Assembly: GCA_963668025.2 (NCBI GenBank)
Contig: CAXXTH010000023.1
Location: forward strand, 128,001 to 192,000
Direction: 5' to 3'
Length of the DNA stretch: 64,000 bases
Origin: Candidatus Hydrogenedentota bacterium
GTDB taxonomy: Bacteria > Hydrogenedentota > Hydrogenedentia > Hydrogenedentales > SLHB01
A model generated the notes under the pieces. It was not told the origin of the DNA. It worked only from the letters and a program-made list of their open reading frames with translations, and did not search any database. Below, piece by piece: positions 1 through 8,694 of the stretch (positions are counted from its first letter, which is position 1; the number at the start of each line of letters is the position of its first letter). The position numbers and the translations under genes are program-made.

Positions 1-2
1 GT

Positions 3-407
3 TTATGCTTTCGCCTCTGGTTCATTCCAAAAACGGACAAGAGCGGCTAACAGCTCCTTTGGGCCAATCGGTTTGTTGAGGAAGGCGTTAAAACCGGCCT
101 TTTGGCATGCATCTGCTTCATCAGGATCTATGCTGGCCGTGAGAGCCACAAGGGGAAGATTCTCGAATTCCTCCATGGAGCGAATGCGTTTTGCCGCCTC
201 CAGGCCATTCATGACCGGCATTCGAATATCCATGATGACGAGCTCGGGACGTTCCGATTGGGTGAGAGAGACGGCCTCCGCTCCATTACGCGCCACTAAA
301 ACCTGATATTCGCCAATTTCTAGATATTCGGTGAACAGGAATATGTTCACTTCATTATCTTCAGCGAGCAAGATTTTCCGTTTCTTTGGATAATGGACTA
401 CAGCCAT
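3..407 (-). CDS. Single-domain response regulator (CheY-like receiver)
   Basis: ILLAEDN, phosphoacceptor segment LVIMDIRMPVMNGLEA, VALTA and FLNKP receiver motifs; 134 aa, no output domain. Confidence 0.92.
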   Translation of the reverse strand: MAVVHYPKKRKILLAEDNEVNIFLFTEYLEIGEYQVLVARNGAEAVSLTQSERPELVIMDIRMPVMNGLEAAKRIRSMEEFENLPLVALTASIDPDEADACQKAGFNAFLNKPIGPKELLAALVRFWNEPEAKA

Positions 408-734
408 TATTCGCCTCTCTTACGAAAGGCCGCTTTGCGCGGAACAGGATTCCGCAAACATTGCGGCGTTTGAATGTTAGGCCAGCTCTTAGGGATTTCC
501 GCCCACCATATAGTTCAGGCTGCTCAATGTTCTAAGATGAGTGTACCGTATTTTTATATGAATTGAGAAATCCGCCTTAATCGACATCATTTTATTGTGC
601 TTTATGATGCATTCATATCCGCTCAAACAGGATACCTTGTGTTTATGAGTGCAATGCAAATCCTCCAATACCACCGCATCCGGAAAAAAGGCAGGGCATA
701 TCTGAAACGCCATCCCCCACATTTTATGAGAATG

Positions 735-799
735 AGCCACAAAAGACGTAAAAGATACAAAAATGAATTGTTCTTGCGTCTTTTGCGCCTCTTGAGGCT
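735..799. repeat. Imperfect inverted repeat with 9-bp periodic arms (GCCAC-type)
   Basis: Left arm AGCCAC-AAAAGACGT-AAAAGATAC-AAAA; reverse complement of right arm AGCCTC-AAGAGGCGC-AAAAGACGC-AAGAA; similar element at 50894-50957. Confidence 0.75.
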
Positions 800-948
800 A
801 ATTCGGGAAAAGTTCTATTGCCTTATTCGCATAAACGATCTAGAGTAAGCGTGCATACAGTTTCAACTATAGGATATGGGCCTATTGGCTCACGGGGAGC
901 TTCTTTTCGGGTGGGCGGCAGGCTCGCGAATTAATGGGAGGAGAAGAA

Positions 949-1740
949 ATGGGTAAGCAGTTACGCCGGTATGTGCCTCTTTTTTGCATCGTAGGGTGTT
1001 GGTTTTTGCTGACAGCCTGCCCTTGCACAGGAATTAGCTACAGCCTATTTAATTATCTGCCAGCGGATATTGGCAATAGCTGGATCTATGGCTGCAACTC
1101 AGCTAATTCCGAGGTTACAGCAGAAGAATATGTCGCCAACGAAGGCATGTCAACACAATTTAAGATTATGTCTAAAGGCGTGGTGAATAACCATTCCGTG
1201 TGGCTCGTGGAAAATAGAGATAGTTTGTCGTTGGAGAATGAGAACTTCCAAGCCTACTATTTCTTCTATCAAGATGGCGTAATGTATTATACATTAAGCC
1301 TGGATGTGATCCGCGCCCTGCCGGAACTGACGACTCCCGCGACCAATACGACAGAGACGCTGTATGTAGCGTATCCATTTGTCCACTTGGACTTAACTCC
1401 GCGCACAATTACCGACGCCACGGACCCCCTGGTGATAGAAAACAATGGGAATCCCGTGCGTTATGTACGGGGGGCATTCGCGGATTTCTTCCCTATGGCC
1501 CTCAATCCCTATATAAATGATGGCAGCCTTACTATTGAATCTTTTGCCGCGGGAGTGCAAGGGTGGGAAGACTGCATCGCCCTTGAGAAATTTGTACCCA
1601 CCGAGGTCAAGAAAGACGAGGGCGAGTGGTATATCGAGATGATTTTTGGACGTGATTTGGGTCCGATGATGATTGATTGGTATATGCCTGTCTTATCGGG
1701 CGATATTTGTGGCGGTTTTCCAGAGATAATTGAAAATTAG
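949..1740 (+). CDS. Hypothetical lipoprotein
   Basis: GGAGGAG RBS before ATG 949 (ORF open from 934); basic N-terminus, hydrophobic stretch and lipobox-like LLTAC. Confidence 0.7.
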   Translation: MGKQLRRYVPLFCIVGCWFLLTACPCTGISYSLFNYLPADIGNSWIYGCNSANSEVTAEEYVANEGMSTQFKIMSKGVVNNHSVWLVENRDSLSLENENFQAYYFFYQDGVMYYTLSLDVIRALPELTTPATNTTETLYVAYPFVHLDLTPRTITDATDPLVIENNGNPVRYVRGAFADFFPMALNPYINDGSLTIESFAAGVQGWEDCIALEKFVPTEVKKDEGEWYIEMIFGRDLGPMMIDWYMPVLSGDICGGFPEIIEN

Positions 1741-1780
1741 AAGAAGCGTCTTATTTTAAGAGAGACGGTCGAAACAGATA

Positions 1781-1819
1781 AAAAGGCAAGGCGGACTAGA
1801 AAATTCGGCCTTGCCTTTT
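1781..1819. terminator. Probable bidirectional intrinsic terminator
   Basis: AAAAGGCAAGG...CCTTGCCTTTT stem between convergent genes. Confidence 0.75.
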
Positions 1820-1832
1820 CTGTTATAACGAC

Positions 1833-2504
1833 CTACGGCTGCACGACTTCACGCCCCACGAACCACTCAGCGCCATGTATCTGCCCCGCAGGCAGATGGC
1901 CGCGCCGGGCCTCCGCGAATGCGGGGGCTTTATCGGCTCCGCTAACCAAGAACCATTTGCGCTTGGCCGCATTCAATACGGGAAATGTCAGCGTAATCCG
2001 GGGCGGCTCGAGCTGGGGAGCCTCATTGCGCACGGCTAGCCGCTGGGTTTCCCCAAGCGCGTGCGTTCCAGGGAATAGGGAAGCCGTATGCCCATCCGCG
2101 CCCATGCCCAGGAGTACGAGATCAAAGACCGGCATGCCTGCGGCGTTCATAAGCAGCTTAGCGCGCAAAAGCTGTTCATAATCCTCCGCAGCCCTTTCGC
2201 GTTCTGCCTCCATCCGGAACGCCTTTACGGGAGGCACATGCGCCAGCAATTCATGGAGGAGCATCCTCCAGTTAGATCGAGGATCCGAGGGGGAAACACA
2301 GCGTTCATCCACCTGGTAAAACGATAATGCATTCCAGGGTATGCGCGCTCGATATTCCGCCGCAAGGAGGGAATAGAACGTGGCGGGCGTCCGGCCGCCA
2401 GACACCGCGACCGTGCATGTATCGCCCCGGCTTGCGAATTCTGTAAAACGCAAGGCCATTTCGGCGGCGGGATCATCGCTTATATGGAGTAGCATATCTT
2501 CCAT
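1833..2504 (-). CDS. pgl: 6-phosphogluconolactonase
   Basis: VSGGRTP, VDERCV, SNW, LLGMGADGHTASLFP and RITLT motifs; start uncertain (2495, 2504 or 2531). Confidence 0.92.
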   Translation of the reverse strand: MEDMLLHISDDPAAEMALRFTEFASRGDTCTVAVSGGRTPATFYSLLAAEYRARIPWNALSFYQVDERCVSPSDPRSNWRMLLHELLAHVPPVKAFRMEAERERAAEDYEQLLRAKLLMNAAGMPVFDLVLLGMGADGHTASLFPGTHALGETQRLAVRNEAPQLEPPRITLTFPVLNAAKRKWFLVSGADKAPAFAEARRGHLPAGQIHGAEWFVGREVVQP

Positions 2505-2691
2505 CCGTACAAAATTCAGCTCTTTTGACAAAAAAGCTCGACCGGTTGAAAATACACCAAATAACAGCCCAAGGGAAACTGCCGCGCTTGAAGCCGCACG
2601 CGCACTCGGTTATAAGAACGGTGCGGATGGAGGCGGGATGTGATAGACCATCCGCTATCTTGAGAAACATTGAAAATGGAGTAAACGTTTC

Positions 2692-4131
2692 GTGGCTTCC
2701 ACGCCATTCACAGATGCGGCGATCATGGCCCTCTTGCGCCGTTTTAATCCATGGTGGAGCGGCGGATATCCGGCTGCACTGCCTGCGGCGCGTCGCAGCG
2801 TGTTTCAAACGTTATGGGAGCGCGTCTACGCCCAAGACGGGCCGCCGGTGCTTTTATTAAGCGGCCCGCGCGGCGCGGGTAAAACCACGCTGCTCCAGCA
2901 ACTGGCGGCGGAACTCCTCAAGAGTGGGGCCCCTCCGTTATATGTCCTGTATGCGCCCATCGAGCACCCCCTTTTCAAGCTTGCGGGGCTCGAGGCCATC
3001 ATGCGGGCATGGTCCGCCGCCACGCCCAAGGCGGGCGATACGCTGTATTTGCTGCTGGATGAAATCGAGTATGCGAAAAACTGGGAGGCCTGGCTTGCGC
3101 ATCATGCCCGGGCGGGGCTTAAATGCCGCATCATCGCGGCGGCGTCCGTGTTGCCACCCGCTGAAAAAGCGAATGCGGAATCGCCATGGCCGGTTTTGCG
3201 CATATCCTCGCTCTTGTTCGCGGACTATCTGCGCCTGCAAAATGCCCTGCCCCGGGGGCTGCCTTCTGGGCAAAATCTGCGGGAACTCTTTGCTTGGGAC
3301 GCGGGCGCGTTCGAGGCGGTGGCGGTGGCGGCCTATCCGCTGGCGGCGCAATTCCACGATTACCTCCTTCGAGGCGGTTTCCCAGGCGTGAGTTTCCAGC
3401 GCGAATTGGCGTCCGTACAGGCGGATCTGCGCGGGGTGATTATCGACCGCATACTCAAGGGCGATCTTGCGGCGATATACGGCGTGCGGAGCATCGCCGA
3501 ACTCGAACACTTATACCTAGAGCTGTGCGCCCACGATGGAGAGCCCGTGGATATCCTGGAATTAAGCGAACGGCTGGGCGTTTCCAAAAATACGGTGCGC
3601 AAGCATCTGGAGCTGCTGGCGTCGGCTCATTTGATCTGCCAGACGCCCCAGTTCGGTTACGGCAGCGAAGTGCTGCGCGGGCATATGAAAATATGCCTGT
3701 CTGATCCGGCTCTCGGATTTGCCATGCATGCCCGGGGCCGCGAGGCGCTCGAGGATGACGCCCGCATGCTCGGGGCCGCTGAGTCTTGCGTTTTCAAGCA
3801 CTTGTATGCGCGGGACGCCTGGGGCGGGCCTGCTTATTCGTATTGGCGGCTGCGCACGGGCGAGCATGTCAGCTTCATCGCCACGGGCGGTGCGGGAAAA
3901 AGCAGGCCCTTCCATGTCGTCGAAGGCGACAATGGCCTCGACCCCGCCGCATTGGCCGGCCTGCGCCGGTTTTGCGCGGATAAGCAAGTGCCGATGGCCT
4001 ACGTCATCACGCGCAGGCTCGATGATTTCGGCCCCGCGGCTCTCCCCGGGCCGGGCCGGGCATCAAAGGAAAAACTGGCCACGCAGTGCATGCGGATACC
4101 TGCGGCGCTGTTTTGTTATTGGATGTCTTAA
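2692..4131 (+). CDS. AAA-family ATP-binding protein (AAA_14 plus DUF4143-like)
   Basis: N-terminal NPWW, Walker A GPRGAGKTT, Walker B LLLDEIE, YLLRGGFP and a central HTH (ELSERLGVSKNTVRKHL). Confidence 0.85.
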   Translation: MASTPFTDAAIMALLRRFNPWWSGGYPAALPAARRSVFQTLWERVYAQDGPPVLLLSGPRGAGKTTLLQQLAAELLKSGAPPLYVLYAPIEHPLFKLAGLEAIMRAWSAATPKAGDTLYLLLDEIEYAKNWEAWLAHHARAGLKCRIIAAASVLPPAEKANAESPWPVLRISSLLFADYLRLQNALPRGLPSGQNLRELFAWDAGAFEAVAVAAYPLAAQFHDYLLRGGFPGVSFQRELASVQADLRGVIIDRILKGDLAAIYGVRSIAELEHLYLELCAHDGEPVDILELSERLGVSKNTVRKHLELLASAHLICQTPQFGYGSEVLRGHMKICLSDPALGFAMHARGREALEDDARMLGAAESCVFKHLYARDAWGGPAYSYWRLRTGEHVSFIATGGAGKSRPFHVVEGDNGLDPAALAGLRRFCADKQVPMAYVITRRLDDFGPAALPGPGRASKEKLATQCMRIPAALFCYWMS

Positions 4132-4203
4132 CGTAGCATGGGCGTCCCGCCCATGAAAAATGTGCTAGAGCCAATGTTTCATGGGCGGGACGCCCATGCT
4201 ACG
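4132..4203. repeat. REP doublet (REPIN/BIME-like), GTAG-type
   Basis: Perfect 27-bp inverted repeat CGTAGCATGGGCGTCCCGCCCATGAAA (4132-4158 and 4177-4203); each arm is itself a hairpin preceded by GTAG. Confidence 0.85.
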
Positions 4204-4247
4204 GGAGCAGGTTGAAGCGGGGTTTTTATTGACAAATCAAGGAGCAT

Positions 4248-4781
4248 ATGATGCAAGAAGAATCCAAACTGCTGGTGGCGGTCATCATGGGAAGCAAATC
4301 GGATTGGGAGACCATGAGCCCGGCTTCAGAGGTGTTGTCCGAATTCGGCGTGCCCCATGAATGCCGCGTGCTGTCGGCCCATCGCACGCCCGAGGCGTTG
4401 TTTACCTTCGTAGCGGATGCGGAAGCGCGTGGATGCGAAGTGTTCATCGCGGGCGCGGGCGGCGCGGCCCACCTCGCGGGGGTCATCGCCGCGCACACCC
4501 TCCGCCCCGTGCTGGGCGTGCCCATCGAGAGCAAACTCCAAGGGCTCGATTCACTGTTGTCCACCGTGCAAATGCCGGGCGGCATCCCCGTGGGCACGCT
4601 GGCCATTGGCCGTGCGGGGGCCACTAATGCCGCGCTGCTGGCGGCGGCCATCCTGGGCAACAGCCGTCCCGAGTTGCGCGAACAACTCCGCACCTACCGT
4701 GCGAAACGAGCGGAGGCCATTCTGAATGAGACATTGCCGCCCGCTGGCGCGCCAAAAGGATTTATATCGTCTTCCCGGTGA
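4248..4781 (+). CDS. purE: N5-carboxyaminoimidazole ribonucleotide mutase
   Basis: IMGSKSD, SAHRTP, AGAGGAAHL and STVQMPGGIPV motifs. Confidence 0.97.
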   Translation: MMQEESKLLVAVIMGSKSDWETMSPASEVLSEFGVPHECRVLSAHRTPEALFTFVADAEARGCEVFIAGAGGAAHLAGVIAAHTLRPVLGVPIESKLQGLDSLLSTVQMPGGIPVGTLAIGRAGATNAALLAAAILGNSRPELREQLRTYRAKRAEAILNETLPPAGAPKGFISSSR

Positions 4782-5166
4782 GTATCACTTTCTCTGCAAA
4801 CAAAACAGTGTAATGACACGTGAGGCAAGGTCTCAGATGGCTTTGCCTCGTTTGTTCTTATCATATGCCCGCATTAAATACCAAATTAACATATTTATTA
4901 TTAAATTATTTTACAATATTTCGTCAATATATATCCGCTGTATACTCAAAAGTGTAAATCTATATTGAATAAGCAAAATTAAAATTTCGTAATCTTATTG
5001 GCATAAACGGGATTCCATATGGTACAAACCCGTTTGGGTGGGGATGATGGTTTTTCTTGATTGCATGCCGGGGTAGTCGTGCTTCTCGGGAGTCTAGATG
5101 AAGTTTATTTGAGGTGCGGCTATGCGGAACAAGGCTTTAGCGAGCCTAAAAGAAGAGGGAAACACT

Positions 5167-8100
5167 ATGCGTTGTACAAAGCCAGCAAGATTGTTTGGGG
5201 CGGTGGAGTATGGAAAGTCATTTTGGTTGATGGCTTCGCTTGTTATTTTTATTGCATCGCCGGGCCTGGAGGCGCATGCAACGGGTCTTGCATTGAGCGG
5301 GCGGGTGCAGCTTGATGGAGCAGGATTGAGCGGCGTCACCATGACGCTGAGCCGGACGGGGGCGGCGGATCAGGTATACACCACGAGCACCGATGGTTCG
5401 TATCAATTCACGGGCATCGCTTCCGCCAACTACACGCTCACCCCGAGTTTGGCGAAGCATGCGTTTAAGCCCGCCCAGATAAGCTATGCGCCACTGGCTC
5501 AAAGCCAGACAAATCAAAATTTTACGGCATCGAAGGCGTATACAATTAGCGGGAATGTATCACTTGAGGGCGGGGATGTGACCCAAGTGGAGATGGTGTT
5601 ATCGGGAGATGCGTCACAAACGGTTTATCCCGACTCCACTGGCGCATATGCCTTCACTAACCTGGCCGCTGGTGGATATGTCATTAAGCCCAAGCTTACT
5701 GGTGCTGTGTTTACGCCTGCGTCAAAAACGTATACGGATTTGGCCGCGGACCAAAGCGGCCAGGATTTTGTGGGAGATGCGTTGCATCAGATCACGGGAA
5801 AAGTGGCCAAAGATAGCGCAGGGCTTTCCGGGGTGGTGATGACCCTTAAGCAAACCGGGGCCGCGGATCGTGTCTATACGACGGGGCAAAATGGCGTGTA
5901 TGTGTTCGAGAGCCTGCCCACTGCGGAATACACCCTTGCACCGGCCAAAGCCAGCCATGTCTTTACGCCGGAGCAACGGGCATATGCGCCGCTGCTGGCG
6001 GATCAGACGGATCAGAATTTCGAAGCGCAGGAAGTGTATAGCATAAGCGGAACGGTGGTTTTGTCAGACGGCGGCGATGTGGCGCAAGTGGCGCTGGCGC
6101 TCACCGGCGACGCCGCTCGCACCGTGTATCCAGATGCATCGGGCGCATATGTTTTCGAGCAGCTTCCCGCTGGGAATTACACGGTAACACCCACGATGGC
6201 GGGCTGCACCTTCACGCCAGAGCAGCGGTGTTATGAAGGGCTTGCCGCAAGCCAGACAGGCCAGGATTTCCAGGGCAATAACCTGCACAGCATCACGGGA
6301 CACGTGTTGAAGGATGGCGCGGGGCTTGCCGGTGTCACGATGACTCTCCGCCAAACAGACGGCGCGGACCAGGTGTACGCCACGACCGGAGAGGGCGTAT
6401 TTGTCTTTAACAATGTCCCTACAGGCGATTACACGCTTACACCCAGCCTGGAAAATCATTCTTTCACACCGGAATTGCGGTCGTATGCGCCGCTCGCACA
6501 GGACGAGCTCGGCCAAGATTTTGAAGCCTTCGCGACCTATGCCATTCGAGGGATTGTAAGCCTGACGGATGGCGGCGATGTGGCCGCAGCCAAGGTGGTC
6601 CTGTCGGGCGACAAGGATGCGGAGGTTGCGCCAGATGAAGAAGGCGCATATGCCTTCACCGATCTCGAACCGGGCAATTATGAGGTCAAAGCCGTATTGC
6701 GCGGGTATCGATTCGAGCCGGAATTGGAGCAGTTTGCCCCGCTTGAATCGGATGAGGAAGGTGTAGACTTTGAAGGCGTCCGCGCCTATGGCGTCTGTGT
6801 GCCGTTTTTCCAAGACAATGCGCCTGCGGAAGGCCGCGTACCCGGCAGCCGGGGCAACCAGTCGTTTATTGGAGTGAAAAACCTTTCCGGCGAACCGAAT
6901 ACGCTGACGATTCACTACACGAATCAAAATGGAGAAGACCGCACGCCAGAAGCCAACACCTATGTGTTGAATGCATATGAGGGGCTTTCGTGGAGGCCAT
7001 GCCGCCAGGATGCAAACATTGAAGGCGTCGCGGCCGCCATTCCCGACATGACGGAAGAGTTTATTGGAAGCGCCTTGGTGTGGTCGACAGGCCCCGTGGC
7101 GGGGCGCATGCTCTTTGTGTCGGCCAATGGCTCGGAAAGCGCCTATACCTTGCCGGGTATTGAAGGCTCGGAACAAGTGGTGGCGCCGTTCTTCATGGAT
7201 TCATCACCCACCAACGGCACGGTGTTCCCCGGTACAGGCATGTCCACTTACCTTGGCGTGTTGAATATGGACAGCTCGGACATGGAAGCGCAGCTTCGGG
7301 TGTGGTACTCGAATTCGGCTAGTGTAGATCAAACGCCGGAAGAGAATTGCTTCACACTGGGAAGCTGGCTGGGCATTTCATGGCGGCCAGGAAAAGATGA
7401 TCCGAATCTCGAGGGCCATGGCGCGGCAGTGCCCAATATGATGTCCGGCGGCGTAGGCAGCGCGGTGGTCACGGGAGGCAAGTATCTTGCGGGCCGCGTG
7501 TTGTGCATGGCCTCGACTGGGGCGCAATATGCCTATACGATGAGTGGAGAAGGCTCGGAAGACCTCGTGGTTCCGTTCTTCATGGACAACGCCCCGGTGG
7601 AAGGCAAGCTCATTCCGAGTTCAGGCGACGCCACGTATATTGGGGTGAAGAACCTTTCGGCCGAACCCGTGACACTCACCATCCGGTATGCCAATATAAG
7701 CAATCTGGATGTAACGCCTGCCGTAAACACGTACGTGCTGGCGGCGAACGGCGCGGTATCGTGGCGTCCAAGCAAGAATGCTCCATTGCTTGAAGGCGTT
7801 GCAGTGAATGTGCCCGACATGGCGGCTGGCGTGGGCGGCAGCGCGGTTATCACTGCAACCGGGCCTATCGCGGGCCGCTTGCTCACGATAGCAACGAATG
7901 GCTCGATGAGCGCCTATACCCTTCGAAGCGCTGAAGGCGCAAAGACAGTAGTCGCCCCCTTCTTCCAGGACAACGCCCCAGCCGATGGCGCGTATCCGCC
8001 CGTGACAAATGCGGCGTCCTTTATCGGGATAAAAAACCTCACGGCGGAACCCGTGACGCTCACCATCCGGTATGCTAATGGCGCGGGAACCGACCGCACT

Positions 8101-8322
8101 CCCGCGAACAATACTTATGTGCTTGCGGGCAACGCGAACATATCCTGGCGGCCGACGCGTAATGATCCGGCCGTGGAAGGCGGAGCTGCCGCCGTGCCTG
8201 ATATGACATTGGGCGGCGTGGGCAGCGCTGTTATCGAGTCTACTGGGCCGGTGGCCGGGCGGTTGCTGACCGTTTCGTCCAAGTCGCAAAGCGCCTACGA
8301 ATTACCATCCAGCGAAGAATAG
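5167..8322 (+). CDS. Large secreted or surface protein: six prealbumin-like/carboxypeptidase-regulatory-type repeats plus four ~130-aa C-terminal repeats
   Basis: Signal-like N-terminus; six ~84-aa ISG.V...G.Y.F..L..G.Y...P repeats; four V.PFF.D..P...IGVKNL...SWRP...EG...VP.M..G.VGSA....GP.AGR repeats; ORF open from 5122. Confidence 0.8.
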   Translation: MRCTKPARLFGAVEYGKSFWLMASLVIFIASPGLEAHATGLALSGRVQLDGAGLSGVTMTLSRTGAADQVYTTSTDGSYQFTGIASANYTLTPSLAKHAFKPAQISYAPLAQSQTNQNFTASKAYTISGNVSLEGGDVTQVEMVLSGDASQTVYPDSTGAYAFTNLAAGGYVIKPKLTGAVFTPASKTYTDLAADQSGQDFVGDALHQITGKVAKDSAGLSGVVMTLKQTGAADRVYTTGQNGVYVFESLPTAEYTLAPAKASHVFTPEQRAYAPLLADQTDQNFEAQEVYSISGTVVLSDGGDVAQVALALTGDAARTVYPDASGAYVFEQLPAGNYTVTPTMAGCTFTPEQRCYEGLAASQTGQDFQGNNLHSITGHVLKDGAGLAGVTMTLRQTDGADQVYATTGEGVFVFNNVPTGDYTLTPSLENHSFTPELRSYAPLAQDELGQDFEAFATYAIRGIVSLTDGGDVAAAKVVLSGDKDAEVAPDEEGAYAFTDLEPGNYEVKAVLRGYRFEPELEQFAPLESDEEGVDFEGVRAYGVCVPFFQDNAPAEGRVPGSRGNQSFIGVKNLSGEPNTLTIHYTNQNGEDRTPEANTYVLNAYEGLSWRPCRQDANIEGVAAAIPDMTEEFIGSALVWSTGPVAGRMLFVSANGSESAYTLPGIEGSEQVVAPFFMDSSPTNGTVFPGTGMSTYLGVLNMDSSDMEAQLRVWYSNSASVDQTPEENCFTLGSWLGISWRPGKDDPNLEGHGAAVPNMMSGGVGSAVVTGGKYLAGRVLCMASTGAQYAYTMSGEGSEDLVVPFFMDNAPVEGKLIPSSGDATYIGVKNLSAEPVTLTIRYANISNLDVTPAVNTYVLAANGAVSWRPSKNAPLLEGVAVNVPDMAAGVGGSAVITATGPIAGRLLTIATNGSMSAYTLRSAEGAKTVVAPFFQDNAPADGAYPPVTNAASFIGIKNLTAEPVTLTIRYANGAGTDRTPANNTYVLAGNANISWRPTRNDPAVEGGAAAVPDMTLGGVGSAVIESTGPVAGRLLTVSSKSQSAYELPSSEE

Positions 8323-8337
8323 GTCATTTGTTTATAC

Positions 8338-8382
8338 ACACGCCGCCCGGATTCCCTCACAGGGAGCCGGGCGGCGTGTTTT
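8338..8382 (+). terminator. Intrinsic terminator
   Basis: ACACGCCGCCCGG...CCGGGCGGCGTGT stem followed by a T-run, just after the stop at 8322. Confidence 0.85.
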
Positions 8383-8563
8383 AACGTGGTTTTTCGATGT
8401 GCTTCAGCTTGAGCGCCTGATGCTAAAGCGTTTCGAGAAGACACGTTAAAGAGCACTACTTAAATAGTCCTTACCATCAGAACACACCAACTGAAGCCGG
8501 ATGCCAAAAAGAACCTACTCAAGCAGGCTAAAAAGATGGGGCCTGTTGCATACAATCTTGAGC

Positions 8564-8627
8564 CACTCAATACCTCACTCAATACCCCCAAACCCAAGAC
8601 CCTAAACCCAAGACCCTAAACCCTATT
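8564..8627. repeat. Short tandem repeats (2 x 12-mer followed by 6 x heptamer)
   Basis: CACTCAATACCT/CACTCAATACCC, then CCCCAAA CCCAAGA CCCTAAA CCCAAGA CCCTAAA CCCTATT. Confidence 0.85.
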
Positions 8628-8694
8628 TGCACCTCATGGCCATCCTTTGGCAATATAGCCGTTCATTGGATGAGAAAGAAAATGGAGAAGTTTC

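Noticed and set aside
2692-4131. AAA ATPase as an anti-phage defence system
   Set aside because: Standalone gene between housekeeping genes with no partner; the C-terminal nuclease-like motif appears degenerate, so there is no direct support.
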